DNA from: Antedon mediterranea
Taxonomy: Eukaryota > Animalia > Echinodermata
Assembly (NCBI RefSeq): GCF_964355755.1
Contig: NC_092670.1
Location: 2,036,201-2,100,200, forward strand
Length of the DNA: 64,000 nt
Reading direction: 5' to 3'
The notes under the pieces: generated by a model
Told to the model about the DNA's origin: nothing
The model's database searches: none
The model's input: the letters and a program-made list of their open reading frames with translations, nothing else
Shown: piece after piece, positions 51,201 through 62,474 of the stretch
How positions within the stretch are numbered: position 1 is the stretch's first letter
Layout: every line of letters starts with the position of its first letter
Translations under genes and position numbers: made by a program

Positions 51201-52654
51201 AGCCGGACCATCAAGTTCTTTCTCCACTCCAGAATCTCCACAACCGCTTGAAACTCGTACTCCAGAATCTCCACAACCGCTTGAAACTCGTACTCCACAA
51301 CCTCTTGAAACTTGCAAGCCACAACCTCTTGAAACTCAACCAGCCGGAACACCAACAGTATGTATTTTCATTTAAATTGAGTTGTTTAGCATGTCACAAT
51401 TTAGGCCATGACATATTTGGTTGTGATAATTTGATTTGATGTTAAAGGTAAAACTTTATTGTAAATTTATTGTTTTATCTTGATAATACAGTATCAATAA
51501 GAAATTTTTCTTACAAAAAACGCCGCTTGAATATTTACAGCATTACACATAAGTAATATACAAAATTAATTACAACATGACATTTGACTTACCAAAAAAC
51601 TAAACTCCTCTTTTAACACTAATTAATACTGTTATAAGGCAAATTTATTTTGCATTATTTAATATTATTAAAAACATAACGCAAATGAAAAGTGTGGATC
51701 ACCAACCAAAACTAAGAAAAGTATAGGTCTAGGCCTTCCCATGTAGTCTGGTAAAAAATCACCTGCACCATGGTATAAAAATGTACCCAAATAATATAAT
51801 ATAATATCATCTTTAGGTCCTATGTATATTGTTATAACATTTCTTATTGCTAAGTGTTTACCCAGGCCATGGACCTACCTATAAAATGCATTATTATTGA
51901 ATTTAAAAAAAAAGTATTACATGTTTTACATTAATCCACGCTAATATTGCAATCTTTATATAACCATATATCTGCTAAGCAAAGAAACTCTTATATGAAT
52001 TTCAACATTATTTAGAAATATCAGTTTAAAAACTAAACTACGAAAGAGAAACATATACACTGTATTTTACTTAACTATAGTGAAGTGCACACTCTTTCAG
52101 ATAGACTCTCTATTCCCAGATGCACATCCAAATACTCCTTTTTTTAGCCTTAGTAAACTATAAGCTACCGCATTGTACCTGTTTCCTAATGCTTTTGTTC
52201 TCATGAATATAACTGCCTAAAGAAGCGGCACGAAAATACATTCTATAAAACATTTTTTTTCAGTATATTCTATTTTGAATACCTCATTGGCAAGGTATAT
52301 TCTATGCATTTGGTAAAAGATATTTCAAATTTTACCAAAATGGTTTAAATCATTAAACGACACTATTAAAGGCTATGTTGTTTATTTAATTTTGTTTTTT
52401 TTTACATTTTAACCAGCTCTAAATTTTTTTCGTTTTACTTAAGATATGCAACTTTTATTTCATTTATACAGGTTATTTTCAAGACATCTCCTGAGGACTT
52501 ATGTGGCATATACTGTGATAGGCAAAAAAGTTGTTTTTTTATCACATGTGGACATACAATTTGTTTGCCATGCGCAACATACTTTGAGGAAACTAACACC
52601 AAGGAATGTCCTTTTTGTAAACAAGTAATTACTACTGTTCGCCACTTGTACTGA
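48237..52654 (+). pseudogene. 7-exon gene (~355 codons): putative PB1/ubiquitin-like N-domain, GWLH..GGGT..FFxNG domain, P/T/E repeat, C-terminal RING-HC; one frameshift
   Basis: Exons 48237-48347, 48912-49032 (FFLQIFDDEFEEWVDI), 49307-49363, 49699-50080 (VQMGWLHF../..KGGGTTTVR..IELGTNMFFQNGNSIFG; frameshift at ~49830), 50552-50612, 51203-51357, 52472-52654 (CGIYCDRQKSCFFITCGHTICLPCATYFEETNTKECPFCKQVI..*). All GT-AG, with phases matching. Confidence 0.72.
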
Positions 52655-53164
52655 AAGTACATATGAATATCTGGTTGGTGTTTTTTTTAAACTTTTTTTA
52701 TTTTCTTATTTATTACAATAATGTTCTTAAGGTTTATTTTAACAGAATATATTATTCATACCTCGTTTTATTTTAATTGGTGTTATGCTCAACGAATAAT
52801 TATATGGTTATTATAGTCAATATAATTGATAAATAGAAACCTGTTATATACGGTACTATACTAAAAAGGAATGTTTTTTTTTAATAGTTTAAAAATTGTT
52901 TAAATCAGATTGTAATTATATTTACTAATATTGGTAATTTTGGTGATGAGAGCTTAAACTAATTTTAGAATTATATATCTTAATAAAAAGTACATCAATC
53001 ACTGATAATAAATAATTAAAAAAATTGAAAAAAAAACATTAACAATGAGTCTTATGTTGTTATTTCATGTTTATAATACATTCCATATAATTGGAGATAA
53101 AAACTGCCACTTTCTGGCAAAATAATCGCGAGCGAGAATGACATACGCCACTAATAGTTTGACT

Positions 53165-53335
53165 TTTCAATTCAATTCAAACATTTCATTCAAAACATTT
53201 CATTTAAAACATTTCATTCAAAACATTTCATTCAAAACATTTCATTCAAAACATTTCATTCAAAACATTTCATTCAAAACATTTCATTCAAAATATTCAA
53301 TTCAAAGCATTCAATTCAAAACATTTCATTCATAT
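53165..53335. repeat. 14-bp tandem repeat (aaaacatttcattc)n
   Basis: About 11 direct units visible. Confidence 0.9.
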
Positions 53336-53849
53336 ATCGCACCATTTAATTCATATCGATGCATTTCATTCACATATCGCGTCATAAAATTCATATCATC
53401 GAAATGTTGCGTAAACGGCGTTCCATAGGAATGGCTGAATTTCTAACGGAAAAGTTTCTTCTTCGGAATCGGAATACATTTTGCGAGGATTGGCTTTTTC
53501 ATGTACTCATCAAGCGTGATCGTTTTCACAGGGAAGAGTTAAATTAATTTACTGACTTAAATTTACTGACTTAAATTAATTTAACTCTTCCCTGGTTTTC
53601 AGGGAAGATAGCGAAACCCGATATGACGTCACGACTGTAAAGTTAATGAGTTGGCTCTAAACGCTGACTGGTCGGAAAAATCGTATTTTCAAACGTCGAT
53701 TTTAGCGGTAAAAATTGCATAAAAAATTTCAAAAAACCTAATATATATTTTATTATACCTAAACAATCATCACAAATACTCAAATAGGTGTTGACATTTC
53801 TGCTTTAAATAGTTTAGTCTCCACATCTATGAAACATTAAAATCAAAAC

Positions 53850-54617
53850 CTGGACTTGAAAATTACTTAATTGATAAAACTAATTTTGAAGGTGCTGCAT
53901 TAAAATTTAAAGCTCGTTCAAATACTCTACCTTTGAATGATAGAACTGCAAATTGGAATATTGATAATAATAAAAAATGTAAATTGTGCGGTACCAATTC
54001 GGACGAAGACATCCATCATTTCATCCTTAATTGTCCAGCTTTAAATAATATACGTAATCAGGAATTATTTAATTTATATGTGGATATGTATAGAAATGGC
54101 AGCAAAGATATGTTTGATACTTTTTATACTTCTCCTGAAAATGACAAACTGAAATATATTTTGGGATACTCAGATAATTTAATTGATGAAGAGTGTGAAA
54201 ATATTTTGGATAGTTTTTGTAAAAGATACCTAAAACAAGCATGGCAATTTCGAAATGATTCACTGAATTCCATGACTCAATAACTATGTTATCTACATTG
54301 CTACATTAAGTAAATTGAAGGGGGGGGGGGGGGGGGAGGAGTTGGGGGTTTCTCGTAATAAGCTGTGTTTATCAGTTGATTTTATTTTATTTTATACACT
54401 TTTACTATATCTTGTTTTGTATTCATTGTGTAAAGTAATGATCTACTGTATGTATCGATGTAAATTGGGGGGGGGGGGGGGGTAAGATAGGGGTTGATAG
54501 TTGCTTTTGCCTTTTTTTACTTTTCTGTTAATTGTTATATTTTATATTGTGAAGGATGCACCTTTGTGCTAAGTGTGCCACCGATCTAAAGGTGTAATTC
54601 CAAATAAATAAATAAAA
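53850..54617 (+). mobile_element. 5'-truncated LINE (zinc-finger region + 3'UTR), related to but diverged from the LINE at 8.0-11.5 kb
   Basis: YLIDKTNFEGAALKFKARSNTLPL..CKLC..EDIHHFILNCPAL..FCKRYLKQAW aligns with YLLDKVDFEGVSLKFKLRSNTLAL..CTLC..ETIRHFLFICPAL..FCKLYVKRAW. The 3'UTR has poly-G tracts and an (aaat)n tail. Confidence 0.88.
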
Positions 54618-54949
54618 TTTAGAAGATTAATTTCTTCAAGCAAATTCCGTGGCCCAGCGGATGAAACGTTGTCTTGCGATAGAGTGACAATTTCACCCGA
54701 GTTCAAGATCGAGTAGATGACTTTTGTTTATTTATCGGCAAACTCGAGTGTTGCACATGAAAATTACACAGTCAATATCATCGTACTTGAGAATTTATAT
54801 GATTAATGACAGGGGACACGATTATTACGCGAAAATTACACAGTCAATATCATCGTTCTCGAGGATATATACGATTTACGATCCTCGCAGCGGTAGTCAT
54901 GTGATGCAGTTTCAACCAATCACGTTCGCGTATTTACATAGACTATGTA

Positions 54950-55130
54950 ATATTATACAAATAATGAATGTTTATGAGTGCAATGGTACAAATAATGGCA
55001 CGAGGTGAATGATGAAAGGTTATATCAACGAGGCAAAGCCGAGTTGATATAACCTTTCATCATTCACCAAGTGCCATTATTTGTACCATTACACGAATAC
55101 AAAACATTCATTATTTGTTTTATATAACAT
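54950..55130. mobile_element. Long palindromic non-autonomous element (possibly Crypton-like)
   Basis: ~80-bp arms caaataatgaatgttt..atggtacaaataatggcac..gatgaaaggttatatcaac / gttgatataacctttcatc..gtgccattatttgtaccat..aaacattcattatttg around gaggcaaagccga. A similar decayed element lies at ~45960-46110. Confidence 0.6.
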
Positions 55131-55360
55131 CTAAATAACAAACAAAAATGTTTCAAAAAGTACTATTTAACGATCGTTGAATAGTGCGTACTATTGCACG
55201 CCATGTGACCCACATTCGTCCAATCAAATGACAGGAATTTATATAGGTGTTATATAAACTGTTATATATATATACTGTTATATATATACTGTTATAATAT
55301 AGTTATACGTATGGAAAATACGGGTTTAGATTTTTAAAATGTTTTTTTATTTGTTTTTTT

Positions 55361-55713
55361 ATTTTTTCTCGTTAAACTGTCCGATGTACTCGGTTGTTAA
55401 TATAATAAGGTCGAGGTTCTTTTATTTTGGATCAAATATTTGATTTAATTTTAATTCCATATAATTCATAGGTTGGTGTATATAAATAGAAAGGGATTAG
55501 GCCTACGTAATTACAAAAACCACCTGAAAAAGCTACCTGGATGGAAAATACGGGTTTAGATTTTTAAAATGTTTTTTTATTTGTTCCTTTTATTGCTTGC
55601 TTTTACAAAATCCAAAGTTTTCATTGGTCAGTGGATAGTTATTTTATAAACCTTTGACCAGTGACCAGCACACTGGTCTATAAATATGGAATTATACATT
55701 ATATGATTAGTAG
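55361..55713. repeat. Right arm of the ~350-bp inverted repeat; overlaps the likely proximal promoter of the plus-strand kringle/PAN gene
   Basis: Reverse complement of 44907-45259. Contains ATTGG (~55623) and TATAAATA (~55679) and ends 26 bp before the ATG at 55740. Confidence 0.9.
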
Positions 55714-55739
55714 GACCAAAGAGTGTTCTTTGGAAGGAC

Positions 55740-58700
55740 ATGTCTACGATGGCGAGTTACTTGGCGTCTACATTGTTATATCTGTTCATTTGTAAATGCT
55801 GTGCTAGTAGCTTTAACGGTAAGTATTTCTTCTTTTTTTTTCGTACCGACAGTATTTTAGGAGTTACTTTTATTTAAAGGTGTGGTGTTTATTTTTTACT
55901 TTATTCCATTCATATGTATTAATTTTTGCAATATTGCATATTCATTTGTTTTAATGATGTGACGATACAAATAATAAAAACAAATGTGATGGCATGCTAG
56001 TTTAGGTCTAAATTTTAAGTAGTTTAGACTTTACAAATCGCGCAAAAATGTTTAGACAATTCCGATGTTGATTTTTGTTCCACCAAAAATAAACAGTTTT
56101 ATATACAATGGAAGAAGTTAGAAGACGTATGTAGCGTCTATATTTACTTCTTTCCATAATTTCAATTCATGGAGATTTTGTTTAAGGCATGCTCCGCATT
56201 TGCACATTATGAACATTAAATCAAATTATTGACAGATTTTTTTATTTTTTGCTTTAAATAATATGTTATTGCCGTTCATGATCTTTTTAAAATCAAAATT
56301 CATATCTTGTTTTTTCAGAATGTTATATGTATACAGATGGTTACGATTATAGAGGTTCAGTTAGTACCACAAATACTGGAAAAACTTGCCAAAAATGGAC
56401 ATCACAAACACCTCATTCACATTCAAGAACACCAGATAACTACAGAGGGAAAGGTTTGGGGGATCACAATTTCTGCCGTAACCCGGATGGAGAACCTTCA
56501 CCTTGGTGCTACACAACAGATCCAGACGAAAGATGGGACTACTGTGGTGAAAAAATCGGACGACCATATGAACAATGTGGTAGGTTATATATGTGATTTA
56601 ACATCTTTTTTTAACCAATTTACAATTTAAATTGGGTGACATTGTGGCCAGGGTCTTTGGTTCATATCTATGCATCACAATTCCATACTTTTTCAGCCAA
56701 TTAAAATTGGGTTTAGTGATGAATTCCTATCCTGTGTTTTGCTGTTAGATGTCCATCGCATGGTCTAAATCCATGCCATGTGGGATGGGGAAAGGCACAC
56801 ACGTCCCAATATCTCCGCATGCCGTAGTTGAATTAACATGACGTGTAGTTGGTAGGTGGTTGTCGGATATGGAAAGCTCCCTATTTAGTATTAGCATTAA
56901 TAATCTGTTAACATTTATAACTGAAGATTTACTTAAATTGTAAACAATCCAATATTATATTCTTCAGAAGAAACATTAATTTCCACTAAAAACTGTAATA
57001 TAGGCTTTTCTATTTGTTGTTTTCGATTCAGCTGTGTCATCATTCACGAAACATGAGGGCCATTCAATGGCAGATGATTTTTATGAAGATTATGATTTTA
57101 ACAAGGTTAATCTGGACGACGTTACACCAGAGGAATGTGCTAGAAGCTGTATTGAAATATCTTCTTTTGTTTGTCGATCTTTTGATTATTACCCAGAATC
57201 TTCTGAGTGTACTCTAACTGATAGAAATAAAGATATAGCTGGCGGATATTTATCACCGGTATATGATTATTTTTATACTTCTGGTGCAGTTGACAATTAT
57301 CAAAGAGGTAGGTTGCATTTATATTTATTCAAAGACTACCAACCGTAGTTCAGGTTCTGTTTATTTATTTATTTTATTTACATTTATTTACCCAGCAGGG
57401 TAGCCCAAACAGTTAAGGACTGGTTTCCATTGAGGCCCTGCATTTTACGTACAAAAGCAATAGCACACAGTTAATAATGTTTGTATTACAATAAAAATAT
57501 GGAGAAAAAAAAATCTATAAAAATACAACAATAAATTCGGATTTATTTTTAGTTCAAATTTTTTCAACTAAAACATCTAATAAACATTAGTTTTTCAGGG
57601 GACAATATCTTTAATGAATAAAGATGTATTGTCCCCCTGAAAAAAAAATTTTTTTGTTGTATGCCATTTTAATGTAACAAAATAGTTATCCACTTTGACC
57701 AAAAATTCGATCGAAAAAAAAATGTATTTACCTGAAAAAACTGTAATGTAAATCAAAAAATTGTCAAATTGGCTGCCAGCCAATGGTTTTTGGTTGAATT
57801 TAACCAAATATTGTATCATTGTTTGTTTTTGGTTTTTTTTTTCTATGGAAGTGATTAACTCGATTACAACAAAATAACTAATTCAAAGTCTGATTTAAGT
57901 AATCTTCATTTTTCATGTTTTTGGGAGACAATACATCTTTAAGTATTCAAAACTAGAGACCTAATACGAAAAGGGAGATTCTGCCTTTCATATCATGTTG
58001 CCCCCTTCTAAGTTTTAAAAAAAACAGTCGAAATTTAATTATTAATAATAGTTTATCACCATAATTGCGGTGACACTTGTTTTGTTTTATTTTCATCATA
58101 GTTTCCACTCCAAATGTTCAGGCACCAACAATTCCAATGTTATCTTCTTTTTTTAAGTTATACAGAAAATGCTTCTGTGTACAGTCCGGTTTTCAGACAC
58201 AACAGAATAATTTGTTTTTCTTTCTCGTCTTATATAATAATGTATCTAGCATAAAAGCTCATTTTGGTAGCATACTACAAAACAGCGCCTGCATATTCAC
58301 ATACATTGATGTAATAATTAACAACCAAAATGTGTTCACAGATTCAATCCCATCAGAAGCACCAACAAAGGCACCAACAGCGGCACCAACAGAGGCACCA
58401 ACTTCAGCAGGTAGTATTTCAATTGATATTCAGGCCTACATTAATGATTAAGTAATTAAAAACTAGAGTCCTGGATACAAAATGAGAGACCATGCCCTTT
58501 AAATCGGGTTATCCTTTACGTTACGCGTATTACTGTTGAGCAGCACACCAATGAACATATTTTCTCACTAAAGAAAGACAATTGAGGAATATTGTAATTT
58601 AAAGATTTTAAGGTTTAAATATGTTTTGTTGTTACAGGTATTACCACAGCAGAGGCACCAATTCCGTTAGTAGTATCAGGTAAATAATTTACAATTACAA

Positions 58701-61196
58701 TTCACTTCAGGCCTAAAGTGTAAACAATCTGATAAATTATTGAAACGTAAAAGTGTAATACTGTCATTTTGTTCTACAGAGAAAAAATCGTAAAAAATTA
58801 TAAATTGTTTATAAACGTGTTTCAGTTGACTGGGCAATTTAACTCCTTTTTATTTATTTTCATTACAATTCATTATGGTCTTGTCTATCAATAACTAAAT
58901 TATTTTAAATACTGCTGCGCATTCAAAATTATGAGGAAACGACAATTTTAGAAAAGAACTTGTTGCAAATAAAGTTTAGATTAGATGGAATATTCCAGTT
59001 GCCTCTTCAGAATTATATTAACATTGATTATATTAACATGCAACATTATAACCATAAACATTTCATTCAAAATTATGAGGGAAAAAAAGTTATGGTGAAA
59101 TGAACTTGTTGCAAGTGAAAGCTTCCTTTTTTTTCAGAATGTTATGAAAGAAAAGATGGTGCTGATTATAGAGGTTCAGTTAGTACCACCAATAGTGGAC
59201 ACACTTGCCAAAACTGGACATCACAAATAGCTCATGAAAATGGCATAACACCAGAGGAGTATCAAAACACAGGTTTGGGAGATCATAATTTCTGCCGTAA
59301 CCCGGATGAAGATATTCACCCTTGGTGTTTCATAACAGATTCAGATGTAATTTTTAGATACTGTCATGTTGGGCCACCATCAGATAACTGTGGTAGGTTG
59401 AAATTAGAAACAAATATATCATACCGTGTGACTAGGCATTTCAATTGTAGTTTTGATGTTAATTGGTCTTTTTTTCTATTTTTAAATTTATATTTGTTTA
59501 CGTTGTTGCAAGTATTATCATGTAAATTATCACAATTCAATTTTACTATGAAGATTATTTTGATAAATATACAATTCATATGAATGAATGAACGAACAAA
59601 CGAACGAACAAATGAATGACGACTTTCATAGTAAAGCAAATAAATTCCATTTTCGACCCTACTCTTTCAACTGGAGTTAGTTTTCCAGAGAAATAAAATT
59701 AACTAAACAATTATTCTTTTAATTTCAATACAAATGAAGATTAACAATGAATAATAGACACAATTGCAAAGGGCAAAAAAAAGTAAACATGCTTTTACAG
59801 GTCGGTTTTCAGACACAACTGAGAACAGAACAATTTGTTTTTCCTTTCTCGTCTTAATAATTTCCTTAACATAAAAGCTCATTTTGATAGCATACTACAA
59901 AACATTATTGTATTATTTACAAATTGTAATAATCAACAATCAAAATATGTTCACAGATTCAATCCCAACAGAGGCACCAACTGAGACACCAACCGAGGCA
60001 CCAACTTCAGCAGGTAATATTTAATTTTGATATACAGGCCTACATTAATGATTAAGTAATTCAAAACTACAGACCTGGATACAAAATGAGAGACCATGCT
60101 CTTTAAATCATGTTGCCCTTGTTAAAGTGTATTACTTGTTGGTTGAGAAGCAACAAATGCCATCACAAAAACACAAACACCTCATAAATATTTCACAGCA
60201 CTAGAGGCGCATGCAAATTAAAGTTTGAGAGATAATAATTGGAGATAGTGACTCCACGTGTACGCCTCATCATAGAGATATTATAGTTCAGTATTTTTTC
60301 TTCTTTCCATTTATTTTCATCACAATTTCTACTAAAATTAATTTTTTTATTAAGCTTTATCAGCATACACAATATCAGACTCTTTACTACAAGGCAATGG
60401 CTTTTATCATTACGCTGATTATGTCATGATTCGTCTGTACGACGTTTCACCAGAAGAATGTGCTGAACGATGTATTAAAGAATCATCGTTTCTTTGTCGA
60501 TGTTTTGATTATTATAAAAAAGATGCTAAGTGTGTTTTAATTAATACAAATAACAATATGGTTGTTGGTGGATTAAGACAACATCATCAGGATGATTCTT
60601 TTGACCATTATGAAAGAGGTAGGTTGACAAATATTTTATAATTATTCAAAAACTGCCGACAGAGGTTTAGGACAATAAGCCTAATGTTGTCGGGTTTTTT
60701 TTTGGATAAACATTGGGAAACAAACAAATCGTTTTTCTCATCAGAATATATCCTATGGTTAAACATTCGTCCCGCTACCCTTAGATGCTTTTCAAATCTT
60801 TTTCACAATTTTTAATTATTACAGATTCTATACCAGCAGAGGCACCAACTTCAGCAGGTAAACCTATTCAATTTCTATATAGACTTTAGTATAAACTTAG
60901 AGACAATACAAAAAAGGAGACCCTACTATACGATAGGGATGGTCTCGCCCCTTGGCTTCACAATTGTCTTCCCATCTTTTCCTATATTTACCTAATAATA
61001 TCATGTGTACATACAGAAGCAGTCTACACCAATGTTGTTTTTGTTTGTTTTACATAGATACCAACTTAGGTGTAATTATTCAATTTAATATAGATTTTTA
61101 CTTTACTTACCTAATATTGTAATTTGTATTAAAGAATATGATGTTTTGTTACAGACGCTATCACAACAGAGGCACCAGCTCAGTCAGTAGCATCAG
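55740..61196 (+). CDS. Secreted kringle/PAN mosaic protein, paralog of the giant minus-strand gene; 3' end not seen, probably beyond the window
   Basis: Exons: SP 55740-55818 ([26 protein letters not shown], sharing SYLASTLL with 41272-41359); K 56319-56579; PAN 57032-57307; linkers 58342-58410, 58638-58679; K 59138-59392; linker 59957-60013; PAN 60355-60618; linkers 60825-60857, 61155-61196. All phase 1-1, GT-AG. Confidence 0.87.
57619..57941. mobile_element. MITE, same family as 29372-29704
   Basis: Same TIRs and internal sequence (gttatccactttgacc..aattggctgccagccaat). An extra TIR remnant lies at ~57595-57614. Confidence 0.78.
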
Positions 61197-61617
61197 GTAA
61201 ATTTTTGGATAACTGATTTATTTAAAATGGTAAGCAATGAAAACTCATTGGCAAGTACATGTATGCCTCATCTCTTTGTTCTACAAATGAATTAATCAAA
61301 CTTGTTTATCATGAACATGCTTTTATTAACATCGTCGTTAGACATAGGGCGTTTATTACTTTCTGCAATTTATCCCTGTTGTGGGCCGGCTGTGCCTTAA
61401 GTGGGCTAGTGTAATTTAATACTGTTTTCAAGTCCTGTATCATTTTTTGTCCATATTTGTTTTGGTCTTACAACGGGTCTTTTAACTTTCTTGTTATATT
61501 TAATTCCTTTAAGATCAAATTTTGCAGGTGTATTTATCTGTGAGTCTTTTTAGATGACCGTACCAGTTTAGCCTTTTTCCATTTTTCCAGTTTTAACATC
61601 CTAAACATTTCTTCATT

Positions 61618-62443
61618 TGTTCACTATGTCGGTCGGTCGGTCGGTCTGTCGGTCTGTCGGTCCGGTATCACTATGCGTTTTATCGCTTTCTGACCTTATC
61701 TTGATATCAGTTTAATCTAGCTAAGTCAATTTTTCACAGAATATTCCTTATGGCCAGGAATCGATGTGGTTATGTTTTCACGGTGCGCAATAAAAAATTA
61801 CGCGGTCTACGCACGATTTAACGAAATCACGTTTGTAATCATATCTTAACAACCATGAATCACAATTAAATAAAAGTTGGTACTCATAAATTTCAGGGCA
61901 TAAATCATCATATGGCAATACAATTACGTGCGTAGCGCATGTAACGCATGCGTACGCGCGCTTAAAATTTTCAAAATTTATTTTCGATGAAATAAGAGTA
62001 CGTTTCAGGCAATTTTAAGCGTTTACAAAATTGCCATGAGTGCGCAGATTTTGCGCGCGCACTGCGCGTTAAATGTTATTGCGCACTCTTTTTGCCCGAT
62101 TTCTGTTTTCTTGACTTACTTTTCAACTCGAAATTACGTTATACGAGCACGTCAAAAGTGACAGGCTACGCACGTGTAAATTAAAAAAATATAAATGTTT
62201 TTAAACATTTCAACATTTTTAAACATGTTCAGTAATTTCGGTCAGTATAGTTCACTATGTCGGTCGGTCCGTCTGTCTGTCGGTCTGTCTGTCTGTCGGT
62301 CTGTTTGTCTGTCGGTCCGGTATCACTATGCATTGTAGCACGCGACTTAATGGCTGTTGGCCTTGTTATTAGTTCAGTTCAGTTTTTAGTCGCGTGGAAG
62401 CGACGCTATAGTTCACTATGTCGGTCGGTCGGTCTGTCTGTCG

Positions 62444-62474
<31 letters not shown>

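Larger units (their letters stand above)
47630..53427. mobile_element. Putative non-autonomous IS3EU-like DNA transposon carrying a cargo gene
   Basis: Left end TACGGAAGCGTT followed by ~500 bp of tatcttgccaagtcgacat subterminal repeats. Right end ..AACGGCGTTCCATA preceded by a 14-bp (aaaacatttcattc)n array. GAATG occurs in both flanks (imperfect TSD). No transposase seen. The superfamily call rests on recalled TAYGG..CCRTA termini. Confidence 0.5.

Noticed and set aside
44907-55713. Polinton/Maverick or other large TIR transposon
   Set aside because: No 5'-AG..CT-3' termini, no TSD, and no polymerase, integrase or capsid ORFs; the interior is a patchwork of unrelated repeats.
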